The notes beneath the pieces were generated by a model. That model did not search any database. It was given only the letters and a program-made list of their open reading frames with translations, and was not told the DNA's origin. Positions 51,789 through 63,739 of a DNA stretch of 64,000 bases are shown here, piece by piece (position 1 is the stretch's first letter; each line of letters begins with the position of its first letter). The position numbers were made by a program, and so were the translations under genes. The stretch spans positions 682,001 to 746,000 of the forward strand of contig JAWMAR010000711.1 in NCBI GenBank assembly GCA_036785375.1, given 5' to 3'. The stretch comes from Leucoraja ocellata (lineage: Eukaryota).

Positions 51789-52463
51789 GGGCCTGTCCCA
51801 CTTACGTGTCCTTGGCACGCAAATTACGCTACCTCGTCGTTGCGTTGAGGCGCAGGACATCGTGTGGCCGCGCGGGGCCGGTCCCACTGAGAAGCGCTGA
51901 GGGGTATGTAGTTGTCCGAAATTTTTGTAGTGAACGAAATCTTTGCACGCCAATGGCCTGTCGCATAACTGATGGCCAAAGTGGGACAGGCCCAAGACCC
52001 TCCTGGCATGACGCAACGTCTCACCTCCAACAGCAGCAGAAGCAGTCAAATGATCGCCGAGCTCGGCCTGGGGCTCACGGCCGTTGCGGTCCGGATCCGC
52101 CCCTACTTCTACTTCCAGAGCGGGGCCAAGAAAATTGAAGATAGACACAAAATGCTGGAGTAACTCAGTGGGACCGGCAGCATCTCTGAAGAGAAGGAAT
52201 GGGTGACGTTTCGGGTCAAGACCCTTCTTTCAGACCGAAGAAGAGTCTCAACCCGGAACATCATCCATTCCTACTCTCCAGAAATGCTACCGGTCCCACT
52301 GAGTTACTCCAGCATTTGTGTCCATCTGCAAATGACGTCACGCACTCCAGACGGCTGTGCGGGCGAATGAAGTCTTGCGCAACCTTCTTCGGACCGTCGC
52401 GTCTCAACGCGACCACGAGGTTGCGTAATTAGCGTGTCAAGGACACGCAAGTGGGACAGGGGC
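51789..52463. mobile_element. MITE (Harbinger- or Kolobok-like) carrying a Penelope palindrome
   Basis: TIRs gggcctgtcccacttacgtgtccttggcacgcaaattacgc / gcgtaattagcgtgtcaaggacacgcaagtgggacaggggc; TTAA on both sides. Confidence 0.85.
52137..52327. mobile_element. Full palindromic Penelope terminal dimer
   Basis: Arms of ~90 bp centred near 52235; each arm has a degenerate CTGAAGA...GAAAC hammerhead core, on opposite strands. Confidence 0.85.
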
Positions 52464-52544
52464 TTAACATTACATGAGTATGGGTTGCCTAAAGGCAATC
52501 CTTAGCAAACTTAAATTCACCACATAATTTAACAATGAAATCAA

Positions 52545-53042
52545 CAGAAGTGCAGTTAAGTGAGTTGCTGCCTCACAGCTCTAACTACCCAGTTCAATCC
52601 TGATGTCTGGTATTCTCTGTATGGAGTTTGTACATTATCCCAGTGATTAGGTGACGTACTCTAGTTTCCTTACACATCCTAAAGACCTGTGGATTAGAAG
52701 TTTAATTAGCTATGTAAATTGCTCCTAGTCTGTGAGTGAATAATAGATACTAGAAGGACAGGACCGTGGAGCAGCGGTAGAATTGCAGCGCTAGAGACTC
52801 AGGTTCGATCCTGACCACGGGTGCTGTCTGTATGGAGCTGTTGCCTTCTCCAATTATGCTTTGTTCCCATTTAAGACCAATAAATGGGTAGATTATCAGA
52901 TACTATAAATCGCTCTTAGAATGTAGGTGAATGGAAAAATCTAGGATGAATTGAAGGGAATGTGGGGAGAATAAAATAGGATAATGTAAATGTGCATCTG
53001 ATGGTGTGCAGACTTGGTGGGTTAAAGTGCCTGCTTCCATGT
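52545..53042 (+). mobile_element. Two adjacent or nested V-domain SINE fragments
   Basis: Two tRNA-like heads (gagttgctgcctcacagc...gttcaatcctg; gcagcggtagaattgcagcg...ggttcgatcctg) with V-domain and tail pieces. Confidence 0.7.
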
Positions 53043-53398
53043 CAGTGCATGGCAAGAGGTATAGAACCTGAATGACTGAGTTCTGTGCATGATAACCCTT
53101 CCAAAGAGGGAGTAGAATAAAGGTAATGCCCAATATTTACTGTATATGTTTAGCTTTGGAAAAATAATGGTATATCATGTTAAATATATGTGGTTAATTG
53201 ATAGAATAATTTAATACATATACAGATATAGGCCAGTTACTTTTTTTAAAAAGGTCGAAAGTGGTGTTGTTTGTTTGGTACACACAGTGCCCACCATAAT
53301 GTTTGGGATAAAGACCCATCATTTATTTATTTGCTTCTGTACTCCACAATTTGAGATTTGCAATAGAAAAATAAATCACATGTGGTTAAAGTGCACAT

Positions 53399-53492
53399 GG
53401 GGATGCAAGCACAAGCCTCCACGTGGCGCATCTCAGGCAATGCTGACGACAGAAACTGTACCACAGTGACTGACTGAAGTAGCAAATTCTGC
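53399..53492 (+). ncRNA. HDV-like ribozyme with long P4 (predicted, slightly degenerate)
   Basis: P1 GGGATGC/GCATCTC, P2 GCACAA/TTCTGC (one mismatch), P3 GCC/GGC, L3 TCCACGT, GG available for P1.1, C(53483)-AAA as J4/2. Confidence 0.65.
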
Positions 53493-53566
53493 AACCACCG
53501 ACCGTCAACCGTCACTGACCGATCGGAAAGATGTGATATTGAAGATGGCCGGACACGAGGAAGAAG
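53399..53566 (+). mobile_element. Second ribozyme-headed short retroelement with (GAA)n tail
   Basis: Perfect 10-bp TSD aagtgcacat (53389-53398 and 53567-53576); HDV-like fold at the 5' end; stem ccgaccgtc/gatggccgg; tail gaggaagaag. Confidence 0.8.
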
Positions 53567-53669
53567 AAGTGCACATTGTCAGATTTTAATAAAAGCCATT
53601 TTTATACATTTTGGTTTCACAATGTAGAAATTACAGCAGTGTTTATACATAGTCCCCCCATTTCGGGGC

Positions 53670-54890
53670 ACCATAACCTCCATGTACTAATGAACTAAAA
53701 CCTTATCACAATAGACGACATGAACTGTCATGTGAGCAAGGGTGTATCAAATGAGGTCGCAGAATAGTAGTACCCAATTGTTTAAGACAAAGATTACTTA
53801 AAGAACTCCATGGACACACAGGTATTGTGGGAATGAAGTCTACAGCCAGAGGTTGCACGTATTGGCCAGGATTGGACAATGACATACAAGCAATGTCAAG
53901 CAAATATAGCACCTGTCAGAGTTGTATAAGTAGGCCTGTCCAAACCACTTTGCAAACATGATCTTGGCCTACTAGACCCTTTCAGAGGGTTCATGTGGAT
54001 TTTTGTGAACACGAGAATAATAATGTTCTTGTTTTTGGTAGATAGGCACTCAAAGTGGATTGAGGTGGTACATATGGGTACAAACACAACAACAGAAAGA
54101 ACAATAGAGACATTGCGGTCTATCTTTGAGTGTCATGGATTACCGGAAAAACTCGTCCCTGACAATGGCCCCCAATTTCTTGCTGCACTGTTCCAAACAT
54201 TATTAAGCATATCTTAGTGACAACCTCCCATCCAGCATCTAACGGTGCAGCCGAAAGGTCAGTCAGGATAGTCAAAGGAGCTCTCAAGAAACAAATTCTT
54301 GAAGGGAATTTAAAATTCAGTTGTCACAGCGGCTAGCTAGTTTCTTACTGAAATTTCGTACCACGCCACAATCTAACCACAGGGTATACACCAGCTGAAC
54401 TTCACATGAAAAGAAGGCTCAGAACTAGACCGAGTATTGTTCTACCAAACCCATCTCCTAAGGTTGAACGCAAACAATCTGATCAGAAACGTAATTATGG
54501 TGGAAGTCAAAAAGAACGTAGGTTCAATACACATGATCAGGTTCTCAGCCCCAAAAGCAAACAAATGGGAGGTGGGAATAGTAGTTGAAGTGTGTGGTAC
54601 CAGGAGGTACTTGGTAGAAATTGGAGACCATGTTAGAAGTGTGCACATAAACCATATGATCCCAGCACGGGATGATCCGGTACATGAGCAAAGCATAGAT
54701 GAAGAAGTAGATCTGACAGATTTTGGTATTATTCCAAGTTCAAATGTAAAATCAGAATCTCCAAAGAAAGAGGAGACAGATGTAAATGATTCTGAACTTG
54801 ACTCTCCTTTACAACCACAACCCGACGCTCACCCTAAACCACTCAGGAGATCAGAAAGTGTGTAAACCAGTCGTCAGATTACATTTATAA
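53670..54890 (+). pseudogene. Gypsy/Ty3 LTR-retrotransposon integrase remnant
   Basis: LLKELH.HTGIVGMKSTARGCTYWPGLDNDI, WPTRPFQRVHVDF, LVDRHSKWIEV, LRSIFECHGLPEKLVPDNGPQF, HPASNGAAERSVRIVK; frameshifted. Confidence 0.92.
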
Positions 54891-54945
54891 AATTGTTCTT
54901 GTTTGTCTAATTTACAAGTTATTTTACTTTCTAAGAGGAGAGCAG

Positions 54946-55147
54946 TGTAGTGTATATAATGGTAAATGTAACGTTAAGGACTGAGTATTAGAATGGTATG
55001 GTTTGTGTCACGTGACATATTCAATATCTAATCAGTCATGTGAATATGTGCAGTGTACTTTTGTAAAATAAAGACCCACAATGGCAATAGCGTGTACCGA
55101 AAATTGTGCGTGTTCCTATCTACATGCTGAAGCCGTAATATCTTACA
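54946..55147 (+). mobile_element. 3' LTR of the Gypsy element
   Basis: Polypurine tract aagaggagagcag directly upstream; TGTA...TACA ends; internal AATAAA. Confidence 0.7.
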
Positions 55148-56749
55148 CTTACTTTTTTTCTTATGGACTGAAGGAGATCAGCTGAATATGCCAAAATGCT
55201 ATTGTCCTTTGGAGTCTACCAGCATCTTATTGCATCCATTTCTTTCACAGCTTTTCAGTTAGATGTTATTGTAAAAAGCGCATTAACCAGATCATGTTGT
55301 ATGTCTGTGGGAGCAGCTGAACATATTCAACACCATTCTGTGACAGGGCCATATTACTTGATATATCCAGTAGTGTTGGCTACCTAGAACGCCAAATTGA
55401 GTTATTTTTAACTGTTACTAATGAACAGGCTCATTCCAAGAGCAAATTAAAGGTGCTTCATTGATATACAGTTTTGGAGCAAGTAATAATAATATTAAAT
55501 TAGATTGGCTCCGGGGAAATCTATTATAGCTGTTGCAAAAGGCAGCGCCACATAGCCAGACAGTATATAATAATATATAAAGCCAGGAGCCTGCACATTT
55601 GTAGCACTAATCCAATACAAAACTGAAATTAAATCCTTGCCACTTCCTCAAATACATTTATTCAAAGAATGAATAAAACTTTACAAAGTAGCAAATATCC
55701 AATACTCCAACCAACATTTTCCACTGTAAGGTTACACAAGTATATCACAATAATATAATTCAAGCTGGTAATATAAGATTAGAATATAGTAAATGTTATC
55801 AGAGTTGTATTGCAATGAAATATAGAATCTTCCCCTACCGATTGCTGCTCATTTCAGTCTGTCTTGATAAGTTTTCATTATAGGCAACATGGTTTAGAAT
55901 TCAATAACTACTTAATACAAGAGATGAACAACTTAGAATTCTGCAACATTCCATGTCAAGTTGCCTTGTACTGGAATAGAAATAGACTGGAAATTGAACA
56001 TTGAAGACATGTTGGTACGTTTGCAGCAATTTTACTTTTTAGTTTCTGCTGCACTTTTTTAAATATAGTTTGCACTGCAAGTGTTTATTTATACATTACA
56101 AAGAGGGAAATTCCAATTAATTTTCATGATTGAGTCGTTGCAAGTAAGACTGGTAATTATGTTCCATCTTTCATTGCCCTTAAGAAGAATTTTTCTCCTT
56201 GAACTGAAATGAATAAATTACTTATGACATGTATGTGAATTCTGTGCCTTTTGCAGCATAAATGACATTGAGTTTATTTTCAGAAATAAATTCTTTGGGG
56301 ACAACAAGCCGTATAAATATTTTTAGCAACTAATTTTCTACATACTATTTTAAATAATCATTTGTAATAAAATTGCCTCAATTGCAAGCAATTATCCTTG
56401 GAGAACACACTTCGTTAAGTTAAAACATTGAGAGTTTTCCTTCTTGCTGCGACAGTATTGAGAAAATGACTGCACTGAAACATTTATGGCTCCGCATTTC
56501 AGCTTCTCTATGCAGACCCACAATGAAACCTATAGATGAGCTGCTATGCAAGCAAAGCTTTTAAGATTAACATTTTATTTGAAACATTAAAGTAACCTTA
56601 CTTTTAGGAAGCAAGGTAACTCATGAAGAAATACAGAGATTCCTCAAAGAACACAAGGCCAGATGCACAAAATAGCAAAATATCCCCTAGTTTTGCCAAA
56701 TCAAGAATAATTTTATTTTGAGTAGTTCATTGAGTTGCCTTACGACGAA

Positions 56750-57020
56750 TGCAGCGCTAGAGACCTGGGTTCAATCCTGACTATGGGTGCTGTCTGTGCG
56801 GTGTTTGTGCGTTCTCCCCGTGACCTGCGCGGGTTTTCTCCGAGATCTTTGGTTTCCTCCCACACTCCAAAGACGTACAGATTTGTAGGTTAATTGGCTT
56901 AGTGTAAATGTAAAAACTGTCCCTAGTGGGTGTAGGACAGAGTTAATGTGCCGGGATCTCTGGTCGGCGTGGACCCAGTGCGCCGAAGGGCCTGTTTCCT
57001 TTATCTCTAAACTAAACTAG
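56750..57020 (+). mobile_element. V-domain tRNA-SINE (HE1-like)
   Basis: gcagcgctagagacctgggttcaatcctg; gttctccccgtgacctgcgcgggttttctcc; tail tctctaaactaaacta. Confidence 0.9.
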
Positions 57021-59189
57021 TTCTGGTGGTCAAATCTGTACAAGAAGATAATTTTATTTCACATTACATGCCCCAACATAATTTAAAAAAAATTATCAGG
57101 ACCAGAAATTATCTAAGAGAAAAAATAATCAATGGCAGTCTACAATATACCCAGAAACAAGGCAGATAGATCTCCGGTGCTAAACAGCTTTAAGAATAAT
57201 GAGTCTAAATTCACCTCATCCCAAATATCTTCATCAAAATAATGTTTCAACTGACTAATTTAGTATTTATCTAGTCCTGTGTACCACAATCTCTGGCTCT
57301 TCTATTATGGACAAGGAAAAGCAGCATCTCACAATCACCATTATCTTGTCCCTTCAGGAACAGATCACCTCTCCACCTTCAGTGACAAGCACAATTTATG
57401 CAATTGTTCATCATAATCACCTTCAATCATTACAATTGCTGTCTTCTGTTCATTTTGAATAATTGCAATAACATTTCTTCACTGCAGCAATTAAAAGTAC
57501 AGTATTCTAAATATGATAATACTATGGCCTTATGAAATACTAGAATTTCCTCACTGTTCTGCCTTTATTTGTTCTCCTAAATCATTTCAATACTTTACCT
57601 AAATCACTCAAAGTATTACTGAATTAAGAAAGCTTATCATTTCTATTTCTATTTATACTCTTCAGGTTTTAGTTTTTATTATCATACATATTTTATTTGC
57701 ATGTAGAGTCTATAATCTACATTTTTAAACTTCATATCAAACACTACGTGTTTTTCTAAACAGAATTTTATCTGACACCTGCCTTCAATAATTGTCGAAC
57801 AATATTCAAATCCTCCTGTAATATATACTTCTTGGATCTGTGTTGTCCAGAATTGGACCCATTTCTGAAGCAGAGCGAGGGGACTAACTTGCAAAAAACA
57901 TAAAGTTTGAGAATTAACACACAGGCTCTAACAATAATGGTCCATGTCAAAATCCTTTAATATATGGACTACTTCTTACATCTTGGAAGCAATCTCTCAT
58001 AAAGATAGACATGGGTAACAAAAATCATCATCACATTTGGTGCATTGCAGAGTCTTTGCTGATTGAGGGAATGGGTGCTTGAAGATTAGCTGCTCAGATC
58101 TGGTACTTGATGTACCAATGATTTCTGCTTTCCTCTAATTTTCTGAATACTGGCCCACTTACCAGTGCCACCTTGGTAAAATTCTCCAAATTCACTGGAC
58201 AAAAACATCAAACCAATGTCAAAACTTTCAGAATTGGAACAGTAAATGCCTGAACCTTTACAGTCAAATGAATTGGTTTTAAATTGCAGGGCAGAATTAA
58301 CAATGGCATAATTGCCCATGTTCTAGTCATAAGCAGTTGGATGAAAGTTAACATTGTTCTGATATTCCTTTCCATATTCATGGTGCCAGACGGCAAACAA
58401 AAACACAAAATGCTAGAAATATTCAGCAGGAACAGTCAGCATTCATGGAGAGGAAAAAAAAGAGCTCATGTTTCAAGTCAATAATCTTTTGAATAGATGT
58501 CACTCAACCAAAAGGTTAACTCCATTTCTCTATCCGTACGTATGTGCTGCCTGACCTGCTGAATATTTCCAACATTGTATTTTTATTTCCAATTTTAGTA
58601 TTTGTAGATTTTTGCTTTTTGATCACAGAAAGCAGAATGAATAACTAATTAGAAAGTTGGCAAGATGTCAGAGATCAGCCTTTTTTCGCTGCATCCAACA
58701 TGCATCAACTAAGATACACTTCATAAACTTTACGCATGATGAAATACCGTTTTCTTATCATAAAGATTCAAACTTGGCAGTGCCAACTGTTACACAACAG
58801 TGCAACCTACAACAGACAAAATCTGCAAAACCATTGATTATACAATTTTGACACATCCAAATAAGCATTTACAACAGCACCAAACAAATGATAGGTTAGA
58901 ATCTGCATGATAAAGGAATAGTTGATAATATATGCACATTTTTACACTGTTTTCAAAATACACTACCTTTATTGCATGTGTGTTCTGCTATTAAACTAGA
59001 TAAGAAGTCAATAACTGTCGTATGTACTGCGAAAGAAACAATAGAATTATTTCTTGCTTCAGCTTTACAGGTACATCTAACAAATGATTAACTAACAATT
59101 GGAGTCAGAATATTAGGCCTTGAGATATTGGGAAGGGATCAGTTCAGAAATTAGACTCTGAAGAATAAGACTATGTGGATGAATAGATC

Positions 59190-59690
59190 TAGTTAGCAAC
59201 TTCGGGAAGTAGGGTGGGATACATGCCCCAATCAGCATCAATGGTGCCAAAGTGGAAATGGTTGAGAGCTTCAAGTTCTTTGGAGTCAATATTACAATGA
59301 CTGTCATGGTCCAACCATATTGAAGAAGGCACACCAATGCCTATACTACCTCAGAAGACTAAGGAAATTCTGCATGTCTCCAATGACTCTTACAAACTTG
59401 GGCAAATGCACCACAGAGAACATGTTTCCAGTTGCATCACAGCATGGTCTGTCCCACATTGAAGAAATTGCAGAGTTGGGGATATAGCCCAGCCCAGCCC
59501 ATCACATCACATCTACCAGACTCCCTACCATTGACTCCATCTACACTTCCCACTGCCTTGGGAAAGCAGCCAACATAATCAAAGACCTTTCCCACCCCAG
59601 TCATTCCTCCTTCTCACCTGCCCCCTTTTGGCAGAATATTCAGAAGCTTGAAAGCGCACACCACGAGACTCAGTTTCTTCCCCTCTGTTA
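59190..59690 (+). mobile_element. Rex1/Babar-clade LINE 3' fragment
   Basis: ISINGAKVEMVESFKFFGVNI, YYLRRLRKF, KAANIIKDLSHPSHS. Confidence 0.8.
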
Positions 59691-59889
59691 TTTGTATTAT
59701 ACAACCTGTTCATTCATCTAAACCATCAAAATACATTCAAGCCTCATGTATGGATATAAATATTCATATTTATCAACAGTGCTATCAAACGACACTTATT
59801 CATTTATAACTTGCTCACCTACGTACAATTTTGATTTTGTTAGAACCTGTGGACATCAGCCCTGGGAATACTAAATCCAGTGAGGATTA

Positions 59890-60850
59890 AGTGGCAAACA
59901 CGCCAATGAACGAAAGACATATGGCACACAAAGAAAGACAGCGGTGATAGATGGAGGTCAGTCATCCCAGCCAGGCTATCACTGCAGATCCTTTGGGCAG
60001 TATTCGGAGCCCAAACATCTTTAGGTGTAAATGATCTTCCTTGACAAAGTCAGATATAGAATTGATTGCACAATATTTCAATTCTATTTTCAACTTCTTA
60101 TCAAATAATGCAATCCATAACTACAGGAGCTAGACAAAGACTATGTGCAGGAATGGGTTGATAAGCAGCTGATAACATTTTTACCATGAAAGTGTACAGC
60201 AATGACAATTTCCAAATAGTATATAACAACCTTCTGTTAACATTCAGAGGCATTACTTTCTCTGAGCACATCACCAATAATCCGAATCTCCACTGGACCA
60301 GCCATATAAAAACAGTTGCTATAAAATAAATCACAGGTTTGGTTTCCTGTGGCAAATTCGTGTCAGCCCAAGGTATTTTCAACATCTACGGCACAAGCCA
60401 GAAGTATTATGAAATACTGTCCATTTCCTGTATGAGTGCAACTCCAACAATTTGAAGCTCATTTGAGTGGCACACCATCATCTAACCTACACAATCATTG
60501 TTTCTACCAATGGTTCACAGTGGCCGCTGTGTGCACCGCCCACAAAATGCACAGCAGTTTTTTTTTTGCCCAGGCTATTCCATCAGCACCTGCCAAGTCC
60601 ACAACCTCTATCATAAGGACAGGGCAGCAGGTGTATGGAAATATGACCATCTGCAAGCCCCCCTCCAACTTGCACATCAACCTAATTTGGAAATATTTTG
60701 TCAGTCCTTCAATATCACTGGATCTCATTCCTGGAACTCTCAACATGCGAGCATTGTGAACATATTTTCACCAGAATAAGTGAAATGGTCTAAAGTGGCA
60801 GATCACCAATTTCTTTGCAAGAGCAATTTGTGATTTGTAATAAATGCAAG
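59890..60850 (+). mobile_element. Old CR1-like LINE, RT and 3' end
   Basis: tcctttgggcagtattcggagcccaaacatcttta...aatgatcttcc; cacagtggccgctgtgtgcacc; tggaactctc...aataaatgc. Confidence 0.6.
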
Positions 60851-61046
60851 CAAATAAATAACAGAACTATGGATATAAATAACAGAATTAGAATTTTTGC
60901 CATTCTAAAACATAACTGCCACGGTAAAACTCCTCAAGAACGCATAACATTCACAACTAAATTCCTGATATCTACATGATACAATTTCAAATTACAAGAT
61001 GGGTTTAACACATTACATTGCATTACTGAGCAAATTAATATGTTAC

Positions 61047-61229
61047 CTGTTAATTTCTTCACAGGTTGAAGACGGACACTGATAGATTGGTGTGTGAGTA
61101 GTGGGGAAGAGGGGAGGGAGCGGGACATTCCTTCCATTATCCGAATATGCTGCATTCCTTCCGAAACTGGGAGAGACGGGACAGCGTAATCTGGTTCAAA
61201 AGCACAGTCGTTTTCTGTATTGGACCCAC
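61047..61229 (-). CDS. TANC2: TANC2 coding exon (183 nt, phase 1-1)
   Basis: Translates (G)[60 protein letters not shown], matching the TANC2 N-terminus as I recall it; acceptor ttttttaaataag, donor ACAG|gtaaca. Confidence 0.95.
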
Positions 61230-61669
61230 CTTATTTAAAAAAGAGAACAAGAATTTAGCATGAAAAAATTGAAATGTTTTTACTTAACTTGTGTCACAAA
61301 AAAAAAGCAACACGGAGGTTGTGAACTGATTACAAAAGGGTTCATTCTGCTGCAAACTTCCCCTTGTCAATATCTGACAACTGTTAGACTTGTTCATATA
61401 TTGATTTAGCCAGAACAACTTTGCCTTTCCCACACAGATACTGACAACAATAGCAAATGCCACAGTTTTGGATCCATTTAGAAGCTTTTGATATCTAAAT
61501 TTCCAACTAAAAGACGTTGATGGTAAAATACATGGATAATAATGCCTATGATTGTTAACAAGCTGTTAGAGAAAAAGTAGCCATAAAATGTGAAATATCA
61601 TACAAACATTTAATAGAAATTCGACATGTTAGAAATTGTTCTGCTGATTTTAGGCAGTGTTTTGGACTC

Positions 61670-61915
61670 AAGGATGAGTTGCTCCCACTTTAGTTCTGCG
61701 GGTTGAGGTGGCCTTAGAGATGACCCGCAGACTCTGTCACAGCTGGCGCATGACAGGTTGGGCGAGTGGGCAGTTTGGGAGTTAGCAAGCTCATTTTGTC
61801 ACTTTCACTGATTCTCCGCATGTTCCAAGTGCCATCCCAAATGTTCCTTTTCCATCTTGAGCCGTCAAGGGCCAGGGATTCACAGGCGTCAGTGAGAGGC
61901 TTTGTAAATATCCTC
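61670..61915 (-). mobile_element. RTE LINE 3' fragment
   Basis: ccatcccaaatgttccttttccatcttgagccgtcaagggccagggattc parallels the RTE end at ~18400-18455. Confidence 0.65.
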
Positions 61916-62196
61916 CAGCCATGTTCTCTGTCTTCTTGCTAATCATTTGCTGTCACAGAGCTCAGACTAGAGAATATGTTTCAGGAATCTGGTGCAGGGA
62001 ATGTAAATATGTTTCAGGAATCTGGTGCAGGCTCATCAAATCCAGCTAAATGAAATCAGGGTCACTTAGTTGGACTTGAAATATATGCTACAGTTAATAT
62101 CACTTGTCAGTGAATTTGGAGGATTTTGCAGATATATTGTCAATTGCGTCCCCAGTGTCTTGAAGAGTCAGCAATAGGTAGTCCATGAATCTTAAG

Positions 62197-62855
62197 CAGA
62201 CAATAGACAATAGGTGCAGGAATAGGTCATTCGGCCCTTCGAGCCGGCACCGCCATTCAATGTGATCATGGTTGATCATCCCCAATCAGTACCCTGTTCC
62301 TGCCTTCTCCCCATATCCCCTGACTCCACTATTTTTAAGAGCCCTATCTAGCTCTCTCTTGAAAGCATCCAGAGAAACTGCCTCCACCGCCCTCTGAGGC
62401 AGAGAATTCTACAGGCTCACCACTCTCTGTGAGAAATAGTGTTTCCTCGTCTCCGTTCCAAATGGCTTATTCTTAAGTGTTCCGGACTCCCCCAACATCG
62501 GGAACATGTTTCCTGCCTCTAGCATGTCCAAGCCCTTAACAATCTTATATGTTTCACTGAGATCCCATCTCAACCTTCTAAACTCCAGAGTGTACAAGCC
62601 TAGCTGCTCCATTCTCTCAGCATATGACAGTCCCGCCACCTCGGGAATTAACCTTGTAAACCTACGCTGCACTCCCTCAATAGCAAGAATGTCCTTCCTC
62701 AAATTAGGGGGCCAAAACTGCACACAATACTCCAGGTGTGGTCTCACTAGGGCTCTGTACAACTGCAGAAGGACCTCTTTGCTCCTATATTCGATTCCTC
62801 TTGTTATAAAGGCCAACATGCCATTTGCTTTCTTCACTGCCTGCTGTACCTGCAT
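62197..62855 (-). mobile_element. Young CR1 LINE 3' end
   Basis: Open frame QVQQAVKKANGMLAFITRGIEYRSKEVLLQLYRALVRPHLEYCVQFW; (CTATTGT)n tail. Confidence 0.95.
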
Positions 62856-62934
62856 TCTTAAGTATTCAGGGAACATTGCAGTATGTAAATGCAGAGTTGT
62901 ATCCTGACTTTTTGCCGTTATTTCCAAACACGAT

Positions 62935-63275
62935 TCCGCAGATAGCCTCAGAAAACCTCATAAGAATTTTGGTACATTGGCCTTCATCAGTCAGGATATT
63001 GAATATAGAAGTAGGGACATTCTGTTATGTACAATGAATTGAGGTCACAGTTGGAGTATTGTTTTCAGTTTTGGTCATCCTGCCACAGGAAGGATGCAAT
63101 TAAACTGGAAAGACTGCAGAGAAGATTAACGTGGTTGTTGCCATTACTCAAGGACGTGCCCCACAAGAAAAGGTTGGGCAGGCGAGGACTTTATTCAGTG
63201 GGTGTGATCTTACGGACGTGTATACAATCATGAGCGAAGCAGATAGGGTGAAGGAACAGTCTCTTTTGCCAGAGC
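62935..63275 (+). mobile_element. Older CR1 LINE fragment
   Basis: LRSQLEYCFQFWSSCHRKDAIKLERLQRRLT. Confidence 0.85.
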
Positions 63276-63739
63276 TGCTAACTCTCACACATTGAGTGTG
63301 AGACTCGCGCTCTGTTGTGAAAAATTCTGTGATCAACGAGAATTTAAAAATAATATCAACTACATGAGCCGTGGGTGTTGGAGAGCCGGAGCAGAGGGAG
63401 GGATGGAAGCAGAAGCAGCGGCGGGGGCAGATGCGGACGAGGAGGCAGGGCTGGCGAATGTTTGCCGGGCTGGCGAGTCGCTCGCTGCAGCTCCGGCCAT
63501 GGAGCAGCCTCAGTGCAAGAGTCCCGGGCCATCAGAAGCGTCGGAAGCATTGTGCCGCGGCCTGGACCAGGCTGCGGCTCGGTGCATCCTGGAGGACAAC
63601 CAATGGCTGCAGGAAGTAGGTACCAAGCACTGGGTAGAAGCGGTGTTAGAAAGTGGTCTTCAAATGGGGGTGGTTGGAGAAAGCATCCTGCTTGCCTGCT
63701 AGATTTTCACTTACTGTAACTGAAGGAAAAATGTTCCTG

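Larger units (their letters stand above)
53285..53669 (+). mobile_element. Tc1-like transposon terminal fragment
   Basis: Starts cagtgcccaccataatgtttggga; inner direct repeat gcaccataa at ~53661-53669; interrupted by the 168-nt insertion. Confidence 0.6.

Noticed and set aside
535-52327. Recurring ~90-bp unit as a possible CRISPR-like array
   Set aside because: Copies are dispersed, in both orientations and unevenly spaced; explained as Penelope termini in eukaryotic DNA.
61973-62031. 26-bp direct duplication
   Set aside because: Simple local slippage with no further structure.
62197-63275. Back-to-back CR1 fragments as one inverted insertion
   Set aside because: They cover the same ORF2 region and differ in divergence, so they are independent insertions.
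63292-63719. Overlapping GC-rich ORFs
   Set aside because: Low-complexity Ala/Gly-rich translations between CR1 fragments, with no splice or homology support.
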